Shown: positions 38,597 to 47,942, counted from the stretch's first letter. The stretch: DNA of 64,000 bases from Ignavibacteriales bacterium (GCA_050260055.1 JBLNBO010000046.1:1962-65961), one strand, 5' to 3'. Notes: generated by a model not told the origin, from the sequence alone. Translations and numbers: made by a program.

Positions 38597-40486
38597 ATGC
38601 AGATTATTAATAAATTTCGGGAGGATGAACCGTTTCGCACATTATGTTTAACCATATTGTCAGGTATATTTTTGTTGGCAAGTTTCTTCAAATGGTCTAC
38701 AGGATTACCTTTTGATCCAGCCTGGATTGCTATTGTAATAAGTGGTATCCCCATTGTTTTTGGCGCAATCAAGGGATTGGTAACAGAGTTTGACGTGACT
38801 GCTGATGTGCTTGTTGCAATTGCCCTTGTCGCAGCGGTGGCCATCGGAGAATATTTTGCAGCTGGAGAAGTCGCTTTTATCATGCAGTTAGGTAAGGTAT
38901 TGGAGGATGTGACATCCGGAAGATCCCGTAAAAGTTTGCAGGCACTTATAAAACTTACCCCTCAAAAAGCTTGTATCCGCACAGCTGATGGTGATAAGGA
39001 AATATTGGCTTCAGAAGTGAAAATGGGAGATTTACTTTTGGTTCGTCCCGGCGAAGCTATTCCAGTGGATGGTAGAATTGTTCGGGGAACTACTTCAATT
39101 GACCAATCCGTTATGACTGGCGAATCGGTTCCTGTTGATAAAACAGAAGGAGACGAAGTTTATCAGGGAACTCTGAACCAGCAGGGAGTTATCGACATTG
39201 AAGCTACCAATGTAGGGGAAGAATCATCGCTCAAAAAGATGATACGTCTCGTAGAAGAAGCCGAAGAGAATAAGGCTCCTATTGTTCGGATTGCAGATAA
39301 ATGGGCACGCATTTTGGTTCCGGTTGCTTTGGGCTTTGCAATACTTATTCTGATACTTACAAAGGATATCTATCGGGCAGTAACCGCACTTGTTGTTTTC
39401 TGCCCATGTTCACTAATACTTGCTACACCCACAGCCATGATGGCTGCGATTGGTAATGCTACTAAAAAAGGCATACTCATTAAATCTGGTGCAGCGGTAG
39501 AAGCAGCAGCTAAGATTGATACATTTGTCATGGATAAAACAGGAACTTTGACCTATGGTAAACTTCAAGTTGAAGATATTCATATACTTGATGAAAGCAT
39601 AGATAAGAAAAAGTTTATAAACCTGATTGCAAGTGCAGAAAAATTCTCCGAACATCCATTAGGGAAAGCCATTCTAACATATAGTGAAAGCCAAGGTATT
39701 ACTGCAGAGGATCCCTCAACATTTGAAACACAGACAGGAAAAGGAGTTATAGCAACCATAGACGGACATGAAATTCAGATTGGAGAAAAAATCATCGGAC
39801 ATGATCGTATTCAAGAAAGTCAAGATACCTTGTCGCTTATTGAGCAAATGCAGTCACAAGGGAAAACCGTTCTTCCTGTGGCTTTGGATGGAAAGCTTGT
39901 TGGAATAATATCCATTGCGGATGTTCTTCGCAAAGAGACCAGAGACACAATCTCAGAGTTGAAAAAAATAGGTCTATCGCGTATTATTATGCTGACTGGT
40001 GACAACCAGACAGTTGCAAATTCCATTGGTCAAAGAACCGGTATTACGGAAATATTTGCTTCTCAACTACCCGAAGGCAAGGTCAACTCCATCAAGAGTT
40101 TGACTGAACAAGGACATTCGGTCGGCATGATAGGTGATGGTATCAATGATGCTCCTGCTCTTGCCATTGCATCTGTCGGAATCGTCATGGGTGCAATCGG
40201 ATCCGATGTTGCTATCGAGGCAGCTGATGTTGCTCTGATGAGCGATGATATAAGCAAGCTTCCTTTTTTGGTTCGGATTTGCCAAAAAACTAAAAAGCGC
40301 ATCATTTTCAACATTATAATTTCTATGTTTATTAACTTTGGTGCAATCATTCTTGCCGGTTTCGGTCTGCTAAACCCTGTAACCGCTGCACTTGTTCATA
40401 ATTTCGGGTCTGTGTTCGTGGTGGTTAATTCCGCATTACTGCTAACCTACAAGGAACAAGATTCAGCTTCACCAGTTCTGTCTTAA
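38597..40486 (+). CDS. Heavy-metal translocating P1B-type ATPase without an N-terminal HMA domain
   Basis: CPC motif VVFCPCSLILATP, phosphorylation site DKTGTLT, MLTGDN, GDGINDAPAL. ATG at 38597 after a TGGGGG Shine-Dalgarno. Confidence 0.9.
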   Translation: MQIINKFREDEPFRTLCLTILSGIFLLASFFKWSTGLPFDPAWIAIVISGIPIVFGAIKGLVTEFDVTADVLVAIALVAAVAIGEYFAAGEVAFIMQLGKVLEDVTSGRSRKSLQALIKLTPQKACIRTADGDKEILASEVKMGDLLLVRPGEAIPVDGRIVRGTTSIDQSVMTGESVPVDKTEGDEVYQGTLNQQGVIDIEATNVGEESSLKKMIRLVEEAEENKAPIVRIADKWARILVPVALGFAILILILTKDIYRAVTALVVFCPCSLILATPTAMMAAIGNATKKGILIKSGAAVEAAAKIDTFVMDKTGTLTYGKLQVEDIHILDESIDKKKFINLIASAEKFSEHPLGKAILTYSESQGITAEDPSTFETQTGKGVIATIDGHEIQIGEKIIGHDRIQESQDTLSLIEQMQSQGKTVLPVALDGKLVGIISIADVLRKETRDTISELKKIGLSRIIMLTGDNQTVANSIGQRTGITEIFASQLPEGKVNSIKSLTEQGHSVGMIGDGINDAPALAIASVGIVMGAIGSDVAIEAADVALMSDDISKLPFLVRICQKTKKRIIFNIIISMFINFGAIILAGFGLLNPVTAALVHNFGSVFVVVNSALLLTYKEQDSASPVLS

Positions 40487-40534
40487 TATTAATAGACCAT
40501 TATTATAATTAAGTTTAATAAAGGAGGACAACTT

Positions 40535-40816
40535 ATGCAAAAGTATCAACACCATGACGTTGAAAAACTTTGTCAACGAATCAGTAGAATTGAAGGACAA
40601 TTGGGGGGCATTCGAAAAATGCTTGAAAATGACAAGCCTTGCGATGAAGTCATTATTCAGCTTAATTCTGCAAAAGCAGCTTTGCAAAAAATCAGCCAGA
40701 TTATTCTGGAAGATCACCTTGACCACTGCGTACTTGACGCGCTTCGTGAAGGAAAGGGTGAAGTTCAGGTTGAGAGCTTAAAACGCGCCTTGAGTCAATA
40801 TACCAAGATGATTTAA
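40535..40816 (+). CDS. csoR: CsoR/RcnR (DUF156) family metal-sensing repressor, x-C-H-C type
   Basis: 93 aa. RISRIEGQLGGIRKMLENDKPCDEV..LEDHLDHC (Cys36, His61, Cys65). Confidence 0.88.
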   Translation: MQKYQHHDVEKLCQRISRIEGQLGGIRKMLENDKPCDEVIIQLNSAKAALQKISQIILEDHLDHCVLDALREGKGEVQVESLKRALSQYTKMI

Positions 40817-40929
40817 TATGAGGCTTTTCATACAAAAATCCTCCATATTTTTTACCACAGTTATTGAATAAGACGATAATTTGAATTATGCCCAAAAATT
40901 TGTCCCTTAAAAATTCGATGAAGCCATTT

Positions 40930-40963
40930 AAAATAAAAAACTACCGATATTATATCAGCAGCT
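40930..40963 (-). terminator. Probable terminator of glmS
   Basis: Minus strand reads CTGCTGAT ataat ATCGGTAG (two G-U pairs) followed by TTTTTTATTTT. Confidence 0.5.
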
Positions 40964-41039
40964 TTTTATTTTAAAACTTTTTACCCAGTCTAAGACTTTT
41001 TTACACAACTACAACTCAATGTAAATATAGCTTTATTCT

Positions 41040-42860
41040 TTATTCTACAGTTACGCTCTTTGCCAAGTTTCTCGGCTTATCTACGTCACAGCCCTTCTGA
41101 ACTGCTACATAATAAGCAAATAACTGCAGCGGTATTACCGTCAGAATCGAACTTAATACATCCTCAATCTTTGGAATATATAATACAAAGTCTGCAACCT
41201 TCTCAATCTCAGTATTTCCTTCCTGTGCAACCGCAAGCACAACAGCTCCCCTTGCCTTAACTTCCTTGATATTGCTCAACATTTTATCAAAAAGCTCTTC
41301 CTGCGTTGCAAGTGCAACAACCAGCGTTCCCTTTTCAATCAATGCAATTGTGCCGTGCTTTAATTCACCTGCAGCATAAGCTTCTGAATGGATATATGAT
41401 ATTTCCTTCAGCTTGAGCGAACCTTCAAGTGCAACAGTATAGTCCAATCCTCTACCCAGGAAGAATATATCCTTGGCATTATAGTGATTTGCAGCAAAGT
41501 ATTGAATTTTTTCCCTATGTTCAAGTACTTCCGCAACTTTATCAGGAAGCATCTTAAGATGCTCAAATATATCATTTGCCTGTTCATTGGTTATGGTACC
41601 CTTTTTAAGAGCAAAATCAACTGCTAAAAGATACATTGCTGCAAGCTGAGTCGTATATGCCTTTGTAGAAGCAACTGCAATCTCCGGCCCAGCCCATGTA
41701 TAAAGCACATTGTCTGACTCTCTTGCTATGGAGCTTCCAACAACATTCACAACCGAAATTACCTTTGTCCCATGCTTTTTGGCTTCTCTTAGAGCTGCCA
41801 GCGTATCCGCGGTTTCACCTGACTGGCTGATTATGATTACAAGCATTTTTTCATTCAGAACCGGATTACGGTATCTGAATTCTGAAGCAATATCAACCTC
41901 TACAGGAATTCTGGAAAGCTTTTCAATAAGATACTTTCCAACCATACCTGCATGATAAGCTGTTCCGCAGGCAACTATAAATATCTTTTCAATCCCTTCA
42001 AGCTCTTTAGAGCTTAATTCAAATTCAAACTCCGGTTTACCGTTTTTGATTCTTGGATTGATTGTATCTTTTATTACTTTCGGCTGTTCAAATATCTCCT
42101 TTAACATAAAGTGCTCATATCCGCCTTTTTCAGCAGAAGATACGTCCCATTCAACCTTATAGATTTCTTTTCTAACTTCTTCTCCATCTTTATTAAATAT
42201 TTTAACACCATCTTTTCTGAGCACAACTAATTCGTTATCATCGAGGAGATAAATATTTCTTGTGTGCTCCAAAATTGCAGGTATATCTGATGCAATAAAG
42301 TTCTCTCCTTCTCCAACTCCAACAATAAGCGGGCTGTCTTTTCTTACAGCAATAAACTGTTCGGGATGCTCTTGAGATAAAATACCTAATGCATACGAAC
42401 CTTCAAGCTTGGTCAAAGCCTTTCTAACCGCCTCAACAAGATTCCCTTCATAATAATACTCTATAAGATGTGCAATTATTTCTGTATCAGTTTCTGAAAG
42501 AAACTCAACGCCCTTGGATTGAAGAAACTCTTTAAGCCTTAGATAATTCTCGATTATTCCATTGTGAACAACCGCAATATGTCCTTTGAAACTGATATGC
42601 GGATGAGAATTCACATCAGATGGTTCTCCATGAGTTGCCCATCTGGTGTGGCCTATTCCAACCAAACTGGATACTTTCTCATCTGCAAGCTTTTCTTCAA
42701 GCATACTGAGCCTTCCCTTGCATTTAAGTATATCCAACTCTTTATTATTAATTATTGCTATTCCTGATGAATCATACCCTCTGTATTCAAGCTTCTTTAA
42801 CCCTTCTATCAGTACGGGAACTGAGTTTTTGTTCCCTATATAACCAACTATTCCACACAT
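41040..42860 (-). CDS. glmS: Glutamine--fructose-6-phosphate aminotransferase (isomerizing)
   Basis: Begins MCGIVGYIG (catalytic Cys2) after a GGGAGG Shine-Dalgarno. Two SIS domains. Ends NLAKSVTVE. Confidence 0.97.
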   Translation of the reverse strand: MCGIVGYIGNKNSVPVLIEGLKKLEYRGYDSSGIAIINNKELDILKCKGRLSMLEEKLADEKVSSLVGIGHTRWATHGEPSDVNSHPHISFKGHIAVVHNGIIENYLRLKEFLQSKGVEFLSETDTEIIAHLIEYYYEGNLVEAVRKALTKLEGSYALGILSQEHPEQFIAVRKDSPLIVGVGEGENFIASDIPAILEHTRNIYLLDDNELVVLRKDGVKIFNKDGEEVRKEIYKVEWDVSSAEKGGYEHFMLKEIFEQPKVIKDTINPRIKNGKPEFEFELSSKELEGIEKIFIVACGTAYHAGMVGKYLIEKLSRIPVEVDIASEFRYRNPVLNEKMLVIIISQSGETADTLAALREAKKHGTKVISVVNVVGSSIARESDNVLYTWAGPEIAVASTKAYTTQLAAMYLLAVDFALKKGTITNEQANDIFEHLKMLPDKVAEVLEHREKIQYFAANHYNAKDIFFLGRGLDYTVALEGSLKLKEISYIHSEAYAAGELKHGTIALIEKGTLVVALATQEELFDKMLSNIKEVKARGAVVLAVAQEGNTEIEKVADFVLYIPKIEDVLSSILTVIPLQLFAYYVAVQKGCDVDKPRNLAKSVTVE

Positions 42861-42884
42861 AATCGAAACCTCCCTTATCACAAT

Positions 42885-43078
42885 TTTTAAACAAAAAAAC
42901 CATAGGCAAAAAAACCTATAGTTTCTGTCCAATCTTGTACACTTGATTGTTTCTGTTCCCCGGTCGCCCGGGTATTTGTTCAATCAATTACGAACGTACC
43001 ATCCGTGAGGTCATCCGCCGAATTTTCGATAAACCCCACCCTCGTCATCTGACTTTCGTCAGTGCTGGCGCTCAATTA
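42885..43078 (-). ncRNA. glmS ribozyme: glmS ribozyme (GlcN6P-dependent self-cleaving riboswitch)
   Basis: Minus strand reads AGCGCCAGCACUGACGAAAGUCAGAUGACGAGGGUGGGGUUUAUCGAAAAUUCGGCGGAUGACCUCACGG...CCCGGGCGACCGGGGAAC. This matches the conserved core as I recall it, and it sits directly 5' of glmS. Confidence 0.9.
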
Positions 43079-43133
43079 AGTTTTTAACAAATCTTATCTT
43101 CTAACCTATACGCATCTCTCCTTTCATATACCC

Positions 43134-43194
43134 CTTCGTAGATTTTTGCTATTTCTTCCCTCTATAGCATAGAGAGGGAAGTTAGAAGGGTGAG
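43134..43194 (+). repeat. Hairpin repeat ending GGGTGAGTT, copy A
   Basis: CTTCGTAGATTTTTGCTATTTCTTCCCTCTATAGCATAGAGAGGGAAGTTAGAAGGGTGAG. Closely similar by eye to copy B at 61387-61444. Confidence 0.85.
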
Positions 43195-43393
43195 TTTTCA
43201 CCTTTAGTATATTATATTTTAATACTATTCGCAAGGTGAAAAAATATTAGACAATGATTTAATATTATTATAAAATGGTGCTGTTGTTTATAATTGAATT
43301 TTCGGAATAATACAGGCGGTAATGGCCGGTTAGGATTTTGAGAGGAGGAGATACGCCCTTATTGGCAATATCTTGAGAAAAGGAGTGATGAAG

Positions 43394-43960
43394 ATGAAAA
43401 ACAAAGCATCTGAGAATGCACGAAAACTACGTATAAAACAAAAGCAAGAAGAAGCTAGAAAACTTCGGAGAGAAATCGACTCATACATTGCTGAAGAAAG
43501 CGGTAATTTGCAGTTTTCCGATTGTTCAATTGAAAGGTCTGAAATTATTTATTCTCCGGCTTTTGTATTGTTCACAACTCCAGAGAATGATGGACAGCCT
43601 GAAGCGAACATAGGTTTATTCGTTCCTCAAGAAGTTTATGGAGATAAGGTTACGCGTGAAGAAATTGCATCATTGGTAACTTCCTCAAAAGATATTCTTG
43701 CTGAAACGTATATTGATTTGATGCAATACGAATGTGCCTTATCGGCTCAAAAAACTGGTAGCATATACGAAAAAAGTGAAGCAAATGGTTTTTGTTTTTT
43801 CGATATGATTTGTCTGTCAAGCAGATTTTGGAGCCTCAAATGGTTTACGGACGAAGTACTAGAAGAAATCATCAAAACCCCAGAGCTTCTGGCAAAAATT
43901 ATTATGGATGACCTTTGGAAAGTTGGCCAAGAATTTGGTAAATCCCTAAAAAATGCATAG
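43394..43960 (+). CDS. Hypothetical protein (basic coiled N-terminus, no recognised domain)
   Basis: ORF with an AAGGAG Shine-Dalgarno 8 nt before the ATG at 43394. Terminator at 43985-44020. Confidence 0.5.
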   Translation: MKNKASENARKLRIKQKQEEARKLRREIDSYIAEESGNLQFSDCSIERSEIIYSPAFVLFTTPENDGQPEANIGLFVPQEVYGDKVTREEIASLVTSSKDILAETYIDLMQYECALSAQKTGSIYEKSEANGFCFFDMICLSSRFWSLKWFTDEVLEEIIKTPELLAKIIMDDLWKVGQEFGKSLKNA

Positions 43961-43984
43961 ATATTTCTATTCATCAACTAATTT

Positions 43985-44020
43985 TAAAGAGCGTTTCATT
44001 TCGAAGCGCTCTTTAGAGTT
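43985..44020. terminator. Hairpin terminator between convergent genes
   Basis: AAAGAGCG tttcatttcgaag CGCTCTTT. Confidence 0.65.
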
Positions 44021-44605
44021 TTATCTGGAAAAGTTTTTTAATGCCTGCTTGATTATATCTTCAATCGCCGCATTTTCAACATCAATCTGATTAAGCACTC
44101 TTAATGCATCATTTGCCGAATATCCCAAAACCTGTAGAGCACTCATGGCTTCAAGTTTCTTTCCACCTATATCTGGGCTGCCTTCTACAACTTCTATTCC
44201 ATCCTCAGATTTAACCTTATCCTTCAATTCTAAAATTATTCTTTGTGCTGTTTTAAGACCAATACCAGAAATACTTTTTAAAGCCGCTGTATCATTAGTT
44301 ATAACTGCAAGACTGAATTTTGACGGAGATAAACCGGACAAAACTGAAATTGCAGCTTTTGGCCCAATTCCCGAAACTGAAATGAGAAGTTCAAAAACTC
44401 TTAGTTCTTCTTGTGTAAGGAACCCAAATAAACTAATATTATCTTCACGCACATGCATATAAGTATAAACTTTAGCTTCTTTTCCTGTTATAATCTTTTC
44501 TAATGTAGACAATGCAGAATGAACCTTAAAACCTACTCCGTTATTCTCAATTACCATATAATCCCTTGCAATTGCTTCTATTGTACCTTTTACAAAAGCA
44601 AACAT
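44021..44605 (-). CDS. ruvA: Holliday junction branch migration complex subunit RuvA
   Basis: MFAFVKGTI...GVGFKV...LISVSGIGPKAAISVLS...ISGIGLKTAQRIILELKDK. Confidence 0.93.
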   Translation of the reverse strand: MFAFVKGTIEAIARDYMVIENNGVGFKVHSALSTLEKIITGKEAKVYTYMHVREDNISLFGFLTQEELRVFELLISVSGIGPKAAISVLSGLSPSKFSLAVITNDTAALKSISGIGLKTAQRIILELKDKVKSEDGIEVVEGSPDIGGKKLEAMSALQVLGYSANDALRVLNQIDVENAAIEDIIKQALKNFSR

Positions 44606-44703
44606 AAAATTCACCGCCTTAAATTAAATAACCCTTAGGCAGGACTATTTCCCGTCTGTGGGTTTTTAATTGAATTTCTCATATGACTTTATTGATATTA
44701 TAC

Positions 44704-45486
44704 TTAGATATTCCTAACCTTCTGGTAAAAAAATGTACTTGCTGAAACAAAGTTATATCTTGAAGCAAGAATTATCTGCTCAGTACTTCCTACAAATAGT
44801 ACTCCACCGTCTCTAAGAGCCTTACTGAAACTAGTATAAACCTGCGACTTTGCCTCTTCTGTAAAGTATATAAGTACATTCCTGCAAACAATAAGATCTA
44901 CATCATCAGGATACTTATCTGCCAGAAGGTTATGATGCCTAAAATCAACGCATTGTTTTACTTCATTCTTTACTCTATAGAAATCGCCTTCCTCATGGAA
45001 ATACTTTGGAACCATTTCTCTTGGGAGGCTGTCAAGGCTCTTCGGGTTATAAATTCCAGTCTGTGCTTTTGATATTACTTCTCTGTCAATATCTGTAGCA
45101 ATTATCTTAATTTGGTTTAACGGAAGAAATTTGTTCATAGCAAACACAAGTGAATAAGGTTCTTCTCCTGTTGAACAAGCTGCACTCCAAATTTTTATAT
45201 TACTAACGCCTTTCATAAGCATAGGGAGGATTTCCTGTTCAAGAACTTCCCATTGCTTAGGATTCCGATAAAATTCTGAAACGTTAATTGTTATGTAATT
45301 AACAAATTCATCATATATAAGCTTATCTGTTTTTAATGCTTTAATATAGCTTTCATAGTCAGAAAAGTTCCTTTTCAGGATAAGTGAATCAATCCTTCTT
45401 TTCATTTGCCTTTCCTTGTAGCTTGCTAGATTAATCCCTGTTATTTGAAAAATAGCTTGTGTGAATTGTTCATAAGTATCTAACAT
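44704..45486 (-). CDS. cheR: Chemotaxis protein methyltransferase CheR
   Basis: ITINVSEFYRNP, IWSAACSTGEEPYS, DIDREVI, DLIVCRNVLIYF. Confidence 0.9.
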   Translation of the reverse strand: MLDTYEQFTQAIFQITGINLASYKERQMKRRIDSLILKRNFSDYESYIKALKTDKLIYDEFVNYITINVSEFYRNPKQWEVLEQEILPMLMKGVSNIKIWSAACSTGEEPYSLVFAMNKFLPLNQIKIIATDIDREVISKAQTGIYNPKSLDSLPREMVPKYFHEEGDFYRVKNEVKQCVDFRHHNLLADKYPDDVDLIVCRNVLIYFTEEAKSQVYTSFSKALRDGGVLFVGSTEQIILASRYNFVSASTFFYQKVRNI

Positions 45487-45509
45487 GTAATTCCCCTTCC
45501 AAAAATTTT

Positions 45510-45914
45510 TTATACTTCAGGGAAAAACCTTGCCACTTCAACTTCTGCACTTTCAACAGCATCAGAGCCGTGAATAAGATTTTCATAAGAGTTAAAACCA
45601 AAATCTCCTCTAATTGTACCAGGAGCGGCTTCAGTCACAAGAGTCTTGCCTATCATCATTCTCATCATTGTTATAACATCTTCGCCTTCTACTATCATTG
45701 CAACAACTTCACCAGAAGTCATATAATTAACCATATCATTAAAGAAGCTTTTTCCTTTGCAATGTGCATAATGTTCTTCAACTACAGCTTTATCAAGCTT
45801 TACCATCTTCATATGGGAAATCTTAAAACCCTTTCTTTCAATTCTTCCAACTATTTCTCCTACCAATCTCCTCTTTACTGCATCAGGTTTTAAGAGTATT
45901 ACCGTTCTTTCCAT
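45510..45914 (-). CDS. ndk: Nucleoside-diphosphate kinase
   Basis: MERTVILLKPDAV, RGDFG, NLIHGSD (active-site His). Confidence 0.95.
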   Translation of the reverse strand: MERTVILLKPDAVKRRLVGEIVGRIERKGFKISHMKMVKLDKAVVEEHYAHCKGKSFFNDMVNYMTSGEVVAMIVEGEDVITMMRMMIGKTLVTEAAPGTIRGDFGFNSYENLIHGSDAVESAEVEVARFFPEV

Positions 45915-46143
45915 ATTAATATTTCCTCCTTGTGAAAATTAAATTCAGTGGTTGTGATACGCCTATTATACACCTAAATTCTAACATATATTATTATAAA
46001 AAAAAAGCGTGACATTATAAAAATGTCACGAAAAATAATGTAAAGGGGGTCTCAATGTGTTTTGTGAGGTCATTAATTATTATTGACCCTTTTTCAAATT
46101 ATATACATTTTTATTTGAAAATTATTTTAAGAGCAAAAGCAAG

Positions 46144-46186
46144 AAAAAAAGGTCAACGAATCTTCAATTCGTTGACCTTTTTTCTT
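46144..46186. terminator. Terminator after the triple-fusion gene
   Basis: AAAAAGGTCAACGAAT cttca ATTCGTTGACCTTTTTT. Confidence 0.85.
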
Positions 46187-46187
46187 G

Positions 46188-47942
46188 TTATAACATTTTA
46201 CGTAAATAGGTCATTTTCTCTTTTTTGCCAACCACTTCAAATCCATGGCGCGTAGTATAGTATTCAACAACCCCGCAGCCATCCGCAGTTTCTATTCTGA
46301 GCTCATTGATTCCATATATCCGGCATAATTCAAAAGCAAGTTCAATCACTCTACTGCCGGTTCCATTTCCATCAGCTCTATATTCCGGCTTCAAATAGAC
46401 GGTAAAAACAGCAGTATTCAATCCCTGTCTGTTCAGCATCAAAACTCCCTTATTGGTACCTTTGTGCGAAACTGCAAAGCCATAGTCAGGGTTTAGGAAT
46501 GGGAGTTCGGATACAACCCCCTCTACCTCTCTGGTATGTACAATCCAATCATCAAACACAGCGTCATCATCCATGGATTTTATCCGGTGGATTGAAACGT
46601 AATTATCAAAAATTCCTTGTATTGTTTCCATGCACTCATCAAGGCTGTCGCCGATTGCAACAATACCGTGATTATAGATCTGAACCGCTTTTGCTGCAGC
46701 ATCTCTCTCGAAAGCAGAAATGATCCCCCTGCACTCGGCTTCAGTACCACAAGCAAAGTTCTCAACCATTGGGATGCCAGCAAATACTTCATCGGTATGA
46801 ATATGCATTATTGCTTTACAGCCGGTACTTTTGTACAGGAAACCATGTATTGCAGAATCGATTGAAGGCTTTACGAAACCGCAATATTTAACTTGGGCAT
46901 ATACATTTTCACCTTTCGACTCAATAACCGACCATACTCTCACCAAAGATTCTTTTTGCAGGTCTCCCTTGTTGACATTTCTTCCCGTTATTACCATGCC
47001 GTACTCATCCAACATTGACATGTTTCCATAGGTTCCACCTTCGACCACAGGTAAGAAGTTGCCTGCCGCAAGTTTCTGCCCCGCACTTCTCATAGCCAGG
47101 AAAGTTTCATCAGAAATATCTTCTTCATTTTGGATGAAGCCTTCACTTGTTATATACCTGGTATTTCCTCTTCTTAAAGCAGTCCGAACCAGTTCGCGCG
47201 CTATGCTATCCTTGCCATGAATGACTTCGCAGGATTTTTCCGGAAATATCAATAGGCCGGTATGGTCTCCTTCCCGAATTCTTGCCAGATCATTTGCCAG
47301 CACCAGGTTGCACCGGTTCTTCCTAAGGAGTTCAAACCCTACATCAAATAAGTGCTCCCGCGGAACTCCATTAAGCAGTTTGAATCCGACCAGAAATACA
47401 TGCGGCTGAATTTTTTTTATCCTTTCAATAATCTTAGGCGTTTGTTCAAGGAATACCATCATTCCTTGCTCCTTAGAAGAAATTTTGCTGCTTCTGTCAA
47501 TAGAGCCGCCGTTTTTCAGTGTTTCAACAATAATTTCTTCAATCCTTTTCTTACAGTACCCTTCTTTGAATGCCTTTACAACGGCTTCGCTAATTTCGGC
47601 AGCCATAATTGCCTGGCTTGAAACCTTGGATACTGAATAATCAGATACCGCAGCGGCATGAACCATAATATCAATTGTTTCATTTTTCAAAATTTCTTCA
47701 ACTGCATCAAGCATGGATTGAACTCCCGTTATATAAACCACTTTACCTTTGTCTACAGCTTTGGGAAGTATAGTTCTATTTGCACAAACATAGAAAATCT
47801 TCCCGAGGTTTTCTCCAAGCTGTTCGACAAACTCATCATAAATTTGAGCACCAAGCTTCCCTGTGCTCATATTTGTGATGGTTCTTACGGAGTCAATAGC
47901 CTCCGCGGTTCCCCCAGATGTAATCAAAATATTTACACCCAC
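46188..47942 (-). CDS. Triple-domain fusion of a CoaB-like (phosphopantothenate--cysteine ligase family) domain, a class II aldolase/adducin domain and a GNAT acetyltransferase
   Basis: N-terminal domain: ILITSGGTAEAIDSVRTITNMSTGKLG, HAAAVSDY, KISSKE, FLVGFKL. Middle domain: GGTYGNMSM, ITGRNV, AIMHIHTDEV. C-terminal domain: YRADGNGTGSRVIELAFE..HGFEVVGKK. Confidence 0.8.
   Translation of the reverse strand: MGVNILITSGGTAEAIDSVRTITNMSTGKLGAQIYDEFVEQLGENLGKIFYVCANRTILPKAVDKGKVVYITGVQSMLDAVEEILKNETIDIMVHAAAVSDYSVSKVSSQAIMAAEISEAVVKAFKEGYCKKRIEEIIVETLKNGGSIDRSSKISSKEQGMMVFLEQTPKIIERIKKIQPHVFLVGFKLLNGVPREHLFDVGFELLRKNRCNLVLANDLARIREGDHTGLLIFPEKSCEVIHGKDSIARELVRTALRRGNTRYITSEGFIQNEEDISDETFLAMRSAGQKLAAGNFLPVVEGGTYGNMSMLDEYGMVITGRNVNKGDLQKESLVRVWSVIESKGENVYAQVKYCGFVKPSIDSAIHGFLYKSTGCKAIMHIHTDEVFAGIPMVENFACGTEAECRGIISAFERDAAAKAVQIYNHGIVAIGDSLDECMETIQGIFDNYVSIHRIKSMDDDAVFDDWIVHTREVEGVVSELPFLNPDYGFAVSHKGTNKGVLMLNRQGLNTAVFTVYLKPEYRADGNGTGSRVIELAFELCRIYGINELRIETADGCGVVEYYTTRHGFEVVGKKEKMTYLRKML

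Noticed and set aside
42861-42983. N-terminal 41-codon extension of the glmS ORF (MNKYPGDRGTETIK...)
   Set aside because: GlmS requires Cys as the first residue after Met (MCGIVG at 42860, with a good Shine-Dalgarno). The extension overlaps the conserved glmS ribozyme core, so it is non-coding.
46055-46255. 66-aa plus-strand ORF between ndk and the triple-fusion gene
   Set aside because: It spans a bidirectional terminator hairpin and the 3' end of the fusion gene, has no Shine-Dalgarno, and has an implausible composition.
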